Positions 57,083 to 64,000 of a stretch of DNA of 64,000 bases are shown one piece after another. Origin of the DNA: Selenomonadaceae bacterium (lineage in GTDB: Bacteria > Bacillota > Clostridia > Oscillospirales > CAG-272). Below the pieces are notes generated by a model. It ran no database searches. It was not told the origin of the DNA and saw nothing but the letters and a program-made list of their open reading frames with translations. Location: the NCBI GenBank assembly GCA_963598415.1, contig CAVBUH010000047.1:140024-204023 (forward strand), in the 5' to 3' direction. Made by a program: the position numbers and the translations under genes. Every line of letters begins with the position of its first letter. The first letter of the stretch is position 1.

Positions 57083-57535
57083 TCAGCAATACATTCCGTT
57101 GCTTTTCATAAACGCATAAATCTTTTCACCGTGCTGCTGTTCCTCAGCCTGAATATGATTCAGCATCTTTCTCGCTTTGGGATCTGAAAATTCAAAAATA
57201 CCGGTATCGTATAATGCCGAAACATGCTTCTCGGAAGCAAGCATATCCTTGCAGAGAAATTCGTCGTTATTTCTGCTCTGCTCATCGCAATAGCCGGCGC
57301 AGCCGCAATTACAGTTGTTCGCCTTGATGCTTTGAGGGACGTCGGCAACCGTTCCGCCCGACATTTCATTGATGGTTTTTAAATGCGTTCTTTCATCAGA
57401 TGCAAGTTCCCCGAAAAGATTTTTCAGTTCCGTACTGCATGCGCATCCGGCATATTTATCGTATTTTTCGATGCAAAGCTTCTCCTGACTTTTGAAATCG
57501 TCGAGAAAATCAATTTCTTTTTGCGTTAGATTCAT
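57083..57535 (-). CDS. spore coat protein F (CotF/Coat_F) family protein
   Basis: It is a four-helix, ferritin-like pattern protein (LTQKEIDFLDDFKSQEKLCIEKY ... LASEKHVSALYDTGIFE ... HIQAEEQQHGEKIY). The SD AAGGAG lies upstream of the ATG at 57535. Confidence 0.65.
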   Translation of the reverse strand: MNLTQKEIDFLDDFKSQEKLCIEKYDKYAGCACSTELKNLFGELASDERTHLKTINEMSGGTVADVPQSIKANNCNCGCAGYCDEQSRNNDEFLCKDMLASEKHVSALYDTGIFEFSDPKARKMLNHIQAEEQQHGEKIYAFMKSNGMYC

Positions 57536-57695
57536 AATGGCATCTCCTTTTTTTGAATTGATTATATTATATCCCCTTTTACTGCGTATATTCAAAATAA
57601 ATCAAATTAACAAGAAAAGCAAATGAATATATCCTTCCGTGTTATCATACTTATTCCATAGCACAATTTATTTTTATGGGAGCCGGATATTAATT

Positions 57696-58691
57696 ATGGG
57701 TGAAAAAACAAAGCGTAAGCTCTTCTTCGGAATTATTCTCGCCGTCATTTCCGTATCGGTATGCGCGATACTGTCGCTGGTAAATACAGCACGACTTGAC
57801 AAGCTTACCTCGGGAGGATATATCAAATGGGTTGACTATGGAGTAACCGCGGCGGCAATGAATGACGCGCTTCAGGCAGATATTGAAACCTATGGCACCG
57901 AAAAGCACATAAGCTGGATAGATATTCTCTCTTATCTCGGAGCAAAATACGGCGGAAATTTCTCCTCGTATAAAAAAAGCGATATAAAGAGCTTTACCGA
58001 TAAAATCAAAGCGGGAGAAGAAACCGTTCAAAGTATCTCCTTAAAGATGAAATATTTCGATTATTATAAAGAAGCATATTCCGCCGTTCTCGAAGGCTAT
58101 GTCGGTGAATACTATAAAGACGGAAAATTTTACTATGGGCTTAAGGCATTTTCCCCCATAGCCTCCGGGTATTACTATGAACATTATGACGACTTCGGAG
58201 CAAGCAGAAGCTATGGCTATAAAAGAGAGCACCTCGGTCATGACATGATGGGTTCTGTCGGCACACCGATCATCGCTGTGGAATCGGGATATGTTGAAGC
58301 CATCGGATGGAATCAGTACGGAGGATGGAGAATAGGAATCAGAAGCTTTGACAACAAAAGATACTATTACTATGCGCATCTGAGAAAAGATCATCCGTAT
58401 ACCGACATTGAGGAAGGGGATATCATTACGGCAGGAGATGTAATAGGATATCTCGGCATGACCGGATACAGCGTTAAAGAAAACGTTAATAACATCAATA
58501 TTCCTCACCTTCACTTCGGAATACAGCTTATTTTTGACGCATCGCAGAAAGACGGAAACAATCAAATATGGATCGATACCTATGAGATCGTAAAATTCCT
58601 TTATAAAAACAGGATGGAAGTAGTAAAGGATACCGATTCCGGAGAGTACCGAGCCGCCTCGGAAATCATTATTTATGATATACCGGATTAA
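57696..58691 (+). CDS. M23 family metallopeptidase, membrane-anchored
   Basis: It has an N-terminal TM helix and the LytM motifs HLGHDM and GMTGYS...IPHLHFG. The SD GGGAG lies upstream of the ATG at 57696. Confidence 0.75.
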   Translation: MGEKTKRKLFFGIILAVISVSVCAILSLVNTARLDKLTSGGYIKWVDYGVTAAAMNDALQADIETYGTEKHISWIDILSYLGAKYGGNFSSYKKSDIKSFTDKIKAGEETVQSISLKMKYFDYYKEAYSAVLEGYVGEYYKDGKFYYGLKAFSPIASGYYYEHYDDFGASRSYGYKREHLGHDMMGSVGTPIIAVESGYVEAIGWNQYGGWRIGIRSFDNKRYYYYAHLRKDHPYTDIEEGDIITAGDVIGYLGMTGYSVKENVNNINIPHLHFGIQLIFDASQKDGNNQIWIDTYEIVKFLYKNRMEVVKDTDSGEYRAASEIIIYDIPD

Positions 58692-58737
58692 GGAATCGCT
58701 GAATCAATCGGATATCCGATTGATTCAGCGATTCCTT
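58690..58737 (+). terminator. long perfect hairpin after the M23 gene
   Basis: AAGGAATCGCTGAATCAATCGGATATCCGATTGATTCAGCGATTCCTT is a 23 bp perfect stem. The T-tract after it is weak. Confidence 0.5.
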
Positions 58738-58866
58738 AATCTTCACTGAATTTTAATAAATTGTTGTCGTAATATTAACGATATTTTTTATATAATATAT
58801 TTATTATATTAATTTATTTGTACAAATATTCTTTGAAAGGATGTCCGCTGACGGACAAAAATCGTT

Positions 58867-59832
58867 ATGAGAGAGTACATAGGCAACAATTCACAGCTTT
58901 TTGATGTAAGACAATATACTCTTACCGATGGAAAAGCAAACGGTACAAAAGCCGTAAACATCTGGAACGGAGGTAATCTCAGTTTTACGATTCTTCCTGA
59001 CAGATGCCTCGACATCGCGGAAGTAAGATACAACGGTAATAACATGTCGTATATTACACCGAGCGGAATCGTAAATCCGAAATATTTCGATCCGGACGGA
59101 ACAAGCTGGCTTCGTTCCTTCGGCGGCGGATTTCTTACCACCTGCGGGCTTCAGAACATCGGCACCGCCGACGGGACCGCTGATCTTACCATGCACGGCA
59201 GAATCGCAAATATTCCCTGTGAAAACCTTTGTGTTGATCTCGCTCCCGACGGTCTCAGTGTCACAATAAAGGGAACCGCAAGAGAAGCGGTGCTTTTCGG
59301 TTGCAAGCTTTCGCTCAGACGGGAATACCGCTGCGCTTACGGAGAGGACAAGATTCATTTTACCGACGTAATCACAAATGAAGGCTTTGAAAAAATTCCT
59401 GTATCGATTCTCTATCATATGAATATCGGATATCCTCTTCTTTCTGAAAAGGCAAAATTGGTAATTCCTTCTGCCGACATATCTGCAAGAGACGATCATG
59501 CAAAAGAAAATATCAATGATTGGAACAAAATCACCGCTCCGCAGCACGGTTTTCAGGAAATGTGCTACTATCATAAGCTTGAGGAAAACTGTTACGGAAT
59601 AGACAATCCTTCCATCGGTACGAGTATGCGTATCTCCTTTGAATCAAACGGCATGCTCGACCGTCTTGTGCAGTGGAGAATGCTTGGGGAATGCGAATAT
59701 GTAATGGGACTGGAAGCGGCTTCCTGTACTCTTGAAGGACGCCGGGACGCTGTGAAAAACGGCTCTCAGAAGTATCTCGAACCTGAAGAAAGCTTTACAA
59801 ACAGCTTCTGTATCAGCTTTAAAGCTATTTGA
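58867..59832 (+). CDS. aldose 1-epimerase family protein (DUF4432-like)
   Basis: 321 aa. The N-terminal pattern YTLTDGKANGTKAVNIWNGGNLSFTILPDRCLDIAEVRYNG and a mutarotase-like beta-sandwich are present. Confidence 0.6.
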   Translation: MREYIGNNSQLFDVRQYTLTDGKANGTKAVNIWNGGNLSFTILPDRCLDIAEVRYNGNNMSYITPSGIVNPKYFDPDGTSWLRSFGGGFLTTCGLQNIGTADGTADLTMHGRIANIPCENLCVDLAPDGLSVTIKGTAREAVLFGCKLSLRREYRCAYGEDKIHFTDVITNEGFEKIPVSILYHMNIGYPLLSEKAKLVIPSADISARDDHAKENINDWNKITAPQHGFQEMCYYHKLEENCYGIDNPSIGTSMRISFESNGMLDRLVQWRMLGECEYVMGLEAASCTLEGRRDAVKNGSQKYLEPEESFTNSFCISFKAI

Positions 59833-59837
59833 ATATT

Positions 59838-60269
59838 ATGAAGCTTCTTTCTGAGGTTTTTAAAAGGGTACTGCTGCCCGCATGCTTCTTCTTTACCGTT
59901 CTATGCTTTGTTTTTTCGGCTATTCTCAGTCTTTCCGACACTTCTATGGCACTCCCGACCATTAATCTTAAAAATATCTGTCAGATATTTGTTTTTTCAC
60001 TTGTGCTTGCAGCTTCCAATCTCCTTTTTTCAAGCAAAAAAATCAAATACGGGCTGGCGCTCCTTCTTCATTTTATCTGCTTTATAGCCGATATATCGAT
60101 TGTATTCTTTCTGATAGGAAAACATTTTGAATCATCTAAAAATGCGCTTTCTATCCTGTTTGTGTTCGCTCTTGTGTATATAATGATCGCGGCAATTGCC
60201 ACAACTGTACGGCACTTCATTCTTGCCGGTAAAAACACACAAAAAACTTATAAACGTCAGTTCAGATGA
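59838..60269 (+). CDS. hypothetical integral membrane protein
   Basis: It has four predicted hydrophobic helices. The ORF track starts at TTG 59829. The ATG at 59838 (MKLLSEVF) is more likely. Confidence 0.5.
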   Translation: MKLLSEVFKRVLLPACFFFTVLCFVFSAILSLSDTSMALPTINLKNICQIFVFSLVLAASNLLFSSKKIKYGLALLLHFICFIADISIVFFLIGKHFESSKNALSILFVFALVYIMIAAIATTVRHFILAGKNTQKTYKRQFR

Positions 60270-60298
60270 GAAAAATAAAAAGGGCATTGTAAAAAAAG

Positions 60299-60477
60299 TT
60301 AAGGCCGCACTGCTGGGTGAACAGCTAACGCCTTTTTGCGCATATGCTTGCACCTATTCCGTCATACTTCAAGAATTTCATCGACAGAGAAGTCGCGCTT
60401 GCTTCCGCAATTTGTATTGTCTGACGAAAAATCCGGCGGCGCAACTGTACAACAATCATTGTGCGATTTTACCTTAA
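60299..60477 (+). mobile_element. family-A MITE-like repeat (more diverged)
   Basis: It runs TTAAGGCCGCACTGCTGGGTGAACAGCTAACGCC ... GTGCGATTTTACCTTAA. The core is recognisable, but the central hairpin and the TIRs are eroded. Confidence 0.7.
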
Positions 60478-60867
60478 GTTTATTTTACACACGCTGTGAA
60501 TTTCTCCTCACCGATGTATATTATATTGCCTCAAGCAGGGTAAACTCAACTGTTCGCAGAAGCAAATCGCAGTAAAGAAGCTGTTAAAAGCAAATGTCTT
60601 TAACAGCTTCTCTGCGTTCTTATCCGTTAACTATACCCATTCAACCAGCATCTAAAACAATAACCGCAATAAAAATACGATGAACAACATTTAAGTCTGT
60701 GCAAGAGAAGTTGTCAATAACGAGCTGATTTACGCATAAATATAAAATCAGGGCGAAGATACATTCATTGGTATTTTCGCCCTTTGTCTGTTTTCCCTTT
60801 TGTAACGGAATTACAGCAATACTTTTTGTTGGGGTATCTATCCATCCATGCTTACATAGGAAAATAA

Positions 60868-61782
60868 TCAGTCTGGAATAACTCCTTTAAAGGTGATTTC
60901 GATTTCTACCCACTCGTCTATGTCTGTCTGAATAGAAGAAGAAAATTCTAAGTTTTCCCATACTTTCACCTCTACACTATTGCCGCTGGCATCTTCGGCA
61001 TAAAAATCGTACAACGGGACATAGTACCAAACATAGTTTCCCTCTTTCCCCTCCGGATGTTCTTCTACATTCAAAGAGTATCCATTCCCTTTCAATAATT
61101 CAACATAATTTTTAGCTACGGTTATACGTTCCTCCTTGCTGCAACCCAAAACAGGCTTCAGTGTATGCACTATCACTTTCTTTTTATCGTTATCAAAAAT
61201 ATTCCAGGCGCCTTCCGGGAGCTCCGGCAAATTATAGCCGTTCAAGTTTCTCGCTCTGACTGTAACAGTTAAAGTACCAGTGTCTTCCAGTCCCTGCTCA
61301 GCGCGTCTTTCTAATTCGGTAAAACTGATGATGGATTCTGTTCCGGTATACTGAAACTTATATTTGATTTCATAAGCTAAATTATCAGCCTCAATTTCAC
61401 TGCCCATAGAGTAACTCTGAATGCAGAACCCTTTTTCTACCAGCCTATCCTTGTAATCCAGTACATCCCGATAAGAAATGTTTTCGATAGTGTATGTCTC
61501 ATAATCTGCTCCGCTGTCTGAAAGGATAAAGTTTTCAGGTTTAATGTCTTCGGCTATAATAAGTTTCTCAGCTTCTGTCGTCTCGTCGCCGTTGCCAGAA
61601 GGATCGGTATCGCCTTGTGATCCCTCTGGTGCCAAGGTTTCGGAAATATCAGGGATTTCAGTCTCTGTAACATCTCCATCTCCCGTATTATCAGAAACAT
61701 TCGACCTTTTAGTGCTGTTCCCGCAAGCAGCAAGTGACATCACCATAATCAGAGTAAAGATTAGTGCTAAAATTCGTTTCAT
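60868..61782 (-). CDS. hypothetical lipoprotein
   Basis: 304 aa. It has a signal peptide with lipobox (VMSLAACGN) followed by an acidic low-complexity linker. The SD GGAGG lies 7 nt upstream. Confidence 0.55.
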   Translation of the reverse strand: MKRILALIFTLIMVMSLAACGNSTKRSNVSDNTGDGDVTETEIPDISETLAPEGSQGDTDPSGNGDETTEAEKLIIAEDIKPENFILSDSGADYETYTIENISYRDVLDYKDRLVEKGFCIQSYSMGSEIEADNLAYEIKYKFQYTGTESIISFTELERRAEQGLEDTGTLTVTVRARNLNGYNLPELPEGAWNIFDNDKKKVIVHTLKPVLGCSKEERITVAKNYVELLKGNGYSLNVEEHPEGKEGNYVWYYVPLYDFYAEDASGNSVEVKVWENLEFSSSIQTDIDEWVEIEITFKGVIPD

Positions 61783-61808
61783 TTTGTGTCCTCCTAATGT
61801 TTATAATT

Positions 61809-62012
61809 AAAAAGTGCGACTACCGAAGCAGCCGCACAAAAAACACAAACTCCGATAGTCGCCAAACTAACTGATATAGCAAGAGCCTTGCTTATACACA
61901 GGGGAATTTGCATTTTTATCAAATTCATTGTATATAAGCGCAAAAAGGGTATAGTATCCCCATAGGCTCATTTCTAATCTATTCAGTTAGTTTGGCTCAA
62001 TCATTATACCAC
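61809..62012 (-). promoter_or_regulatory. candidate structured 5' leader (extended -10 promoter, about 136 nt stem-enclosed domain, terminator) of the lipoprotein gene
   Basis: On the minus strand, TGGTATAAT lies at 62012-62004. GCCAAACTAACTGA (61996-61983) pairs with TCAGTTAGTTTGGC (61874-61861). Inner stems are GCTTATATACA/TGTGTATAAGC and GCAAG/CTTGC. Then GTGCGGCT-loop-AGTCGCAC plus TTTTT (61837-61809) sits just before the SD. Confidence 0.35.
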
Positions 62013-62442
62013 ATCTCTTGCAAAAATGATAGATAATTTTGTAAATATTCTTGATTTTCGCAAGCTTTGTGGTATAGGATTCACTTTCTCCATCGGTTAA
62101 TCCACCATATATAATGAGGCAGTCGCACTAATGTGCGACTGCCTCACGAAGTCGGGTTTTGCGGATGAAATCCGCAATTTTGACCATTTAAATTCATAAT
62201 AATTCAAAGAAAATACAGTCAAAAACACCCGATTCGGCATTTTCCCGGTTTCCTGACCGGAAAAATGCCGGGCTTGTTGCTTAACGCAACAGCCCGGATG
62301 TTTCGTATATCGTGATCATCTGTCACTCTTTGGGGATTTCTTTCTCTGTTTTGACAGCACAGAATGAACAGCTTGTTCGTTCTGTACTAATCACGAACGC
62401 ATTCGTGGTTATTCAGCAGACATGATTTTATATGAGAAGCCG

Positions 62443-63702
62443 TTATGATTCCCCTATAAAAGCACCGTTTTTCTTAAGTATCGCACGAAGCTGCATCACA
62501 TCCACTTCCGATACTGACCGCCCATCCTCTGCCGCAAGCGCTGCTGCTGTTCCTGCAGCCTCCCCGAGAGTACACACAATCGGCATAATACGAATCGACG
62601 CCTGCGCTTCATGAGTTGCCGATATACAGCGACCGGCAATCAGCAAATTGCGTGCATTTCTGGGTATAAGACTCCTGTATGGGATTGTATAATACGCTCC
62701 GTCGGGAAAATAATAGTGACTGGTGCCGGAGCCGGTCGGATTGTGAATATCGATATCATAGTTTCCCGTAGCTACCGAATCCGGAAAAACAACACAAGCC
62801 TTCAATTCCTCTCCCGTAAGAATATGTTCGCCTATGATTCTTCGGCTTTCTCTGACTCCCGTCTGAACCGCTGAACTCAGGATTTCTGCCTTTTCAAAAC
62901 CGGGCACAACTCGTTTCAGCACGGAAAGAAGCTCGAACGCCTGTTCCCGCGCTTCCATATCTGCTTTTGATACATCAAAGCAGTCCACCGGATTTCGGTT
63001 TATCACTCTGGTCGCATTCAAATGCACAATGCCGGGAAACATGGTAGGAATAACCATGATGGTATCCATGGGATTTTTAATGTATCCCTTTTTCTTTTCC
63101 TCCTGCCATATGCCCATGATCTTTCCTCGGTATAATTCGTATTGATCGGGATCAACATTTCCTATAGTAAAACAGAGCGTCATTGGCTGGCAGAGTCCAT
63201 CCTCATCCCTTCCGAGCATATACGGAAAGCCTGCCGAAAAAGCAAGATCGGCATCTCCCGTCGCATCAATAAAATAACGTCCTTCCAGCGTTATTATCCC
63301 GGACTTGTTAGCAACGACAACAGAGTTAACCATATTGTCATTACAGAAAACACCGGTAAGCGTACTGTTAAATAAAATTTCCGCTCCCGAATCAATCAGC
63401 TTTCGATTCAATATCAGCTTGAGATACTCCGGATTGAAAACCATGCCTTTCATAGCATTCATCGTTCTCAAGGAGGCTGTCAGTTCTTCAAAAATTCCTC
63501 TCGACAGAAGTTTTTTTTCATGAGTTAAGGGATCTGTCGTCCAGTAATTCATAAAGGGGTTGACAAGCATGGCAGAAGGTGCGCCGCCGAGACAATTCAA
63601 TCTTTCGACCAGCAAAACCTCGGCTCCCCCTCTCGCTGCCGCAAGCGCAGCAGCAGAGCCGGCAAATCCACCCCCTATTACCACGACATCATACTTCTTC
63701 AT
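62443..63702 (-). CDS. FAD-dependent oxidoreductase (FAD_oxidored-type)
   Basis: 419 aa. The N-terminal dinucleotide-binding motif is [30 protein letters not shown]. Confidence 0.7.
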   Translation of the reverse strand: MKKYDVVVIGGGFAGSAAALAAARGGAEVLLVERLNCLGGAPSAMLVNPFMNYWTTDPLTHEKKLLSRGIFEELTASLRTMNAMKGMVFNPEYLKLILNRKLIDSGAEILFNSTLTGVFCNDNMVNSVVVANKSGIITLEGRYFIDATGDADLAFSAGFPYMLGRDEDGLCQPMTLCFTIGNVDPDQYELYRGKIMGIWQEEKKKGYIKNPMDTIMVIPTMFPGIVHLNATRVINRNPVDCFDVSKADMEAREQAFELLSVLKRVVPGFEKAEILSSAVQTGVRESRRIIGEHILTGEELKACVVFPDSVATGNYDIDIHNPTGSGTSHYYFPDGAYYTIPYRSLIPRNARNLLIAGRCISATHEAQASIRIMPIVCTLGEAAGTAAALAAEDGRSVSEVDVMQLRAILKKNGAFIGES

Positions 63703-64000
63703 CGGTCACGGCAATCGCAAGCTCATCAAGCGCCTTCGGATCGGCAAATGTCGGACATTTCGTCATAAGCTCTGAAGCGTTCTGAACCTTGGGGAAAGCA
63801 ATAACATCGCGGATATCGTCAATTCCGAGAAGAAGCGCGGTTAGGCGGTCAAGGCCGAAAGCAAGACCTCCGTGAGGGGGCGTACCGTACTTGAAAGCCT
63901 CGAGCAGAAAGCCGAACTTCGCATTCGCATCTTCCTCCGTAAAGCCGAGAGCCTTGAACATTTTATTCTGTATGTCCGATGTATGAATTCTGATAGAACC
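63689..64000 (-). CDS. aspS: aspartate--tRNA ligase, C-terminal part (runs off the window end)
   Basis: It has class II motif 3 and the C-terminus [43 protein letters not shown]. The reading frame continues to position 64000. Confidence 0.85.
   Translation of the reverse strand, partial: GSIRIHTSDIQNKMFKALGFTEEDANAKFGFLLEAFKYGTPPHGGLAFGLDRLTALLLGIDDIRDVIAFPKVQNASELMTKCPTFADPKALDELAIAVTDEEV

Noticed and set aside
1060-60477. I considered whether the dispersed repeats form a CRISPR array or a CRISPR remnant.
   Set aside because: The units are 160-180 bp, not 25-40 bp. They are kilobases apart, occur in both orientations, have no regular spacers and no cas genes are nearby.

Overview
This looks like a chromosomal segment from a sporulating Firmicute, probably Clostridia. 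The basis is a pro-sigma-K gene, a SpoVD/SpoVE-type dcw cluster, a CotF-like coat protein and a DUF3794-LysM protein. Most of the window is housekeeping: an M18 aminopeptidase, sigK, rimM-trmD, murJ plus an O-antigen-ligase-like gene, ptsH, uvrC, rsmD-coaD, a complete dcw cluster (mraZ to ftsZ, 22.2-35.7 kb), lysS-greA, ctp-M23-ftsX-ftsE, rsmE, feoAB, a 2-hydroxyacid dehydrogenase and the 3' end of aspS. Accessory glycan-utilisation genes sit at 0-7 kb (GH2, GH36, SDR, a truncated GH2) and in a roughly 5 kb block at 38-43 kb (GH127-like, AraC, GLUG-motif protein, an orphan MetRS-C-like ORF). I found no rRNA, tRNA, CRISPR array, integrase or transposase gene. The most unusual feature is non-coding. 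Two related families of TIR-bounded, MITE-like repeats of about 160-180 bp fill many intergenic gaps. Family A has about 8 clear copies, a 58 bp TIR-only derivative and 1-2 decayed copies. Family B has 4 copies. They are nested in and adjacent to each other, and one copy sits on the murE stop codon inside the dcw operon. Other points worth a second look are listed here.
- About 80 bp direct repeats carrying GGTGTAA iterons bracket the 38-43 kb block.
- A GH2 gene is 5'-truncated and probably frameshifted.
- A DUF4379-like pseudogene remnant lies at 37.0-37.3 kb.
- FtsX carries Listeria-Bacteroides-type repeats in its extracellular loop.
- A lipoprotein gene has a structured, terminator-containing 5' leader.
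- A hairpin-dense, gene-free tract lies at 62.1-62.4 kb.

All functional calls rest on by-eye motif recognition in the translated ORFs. No database search was run.
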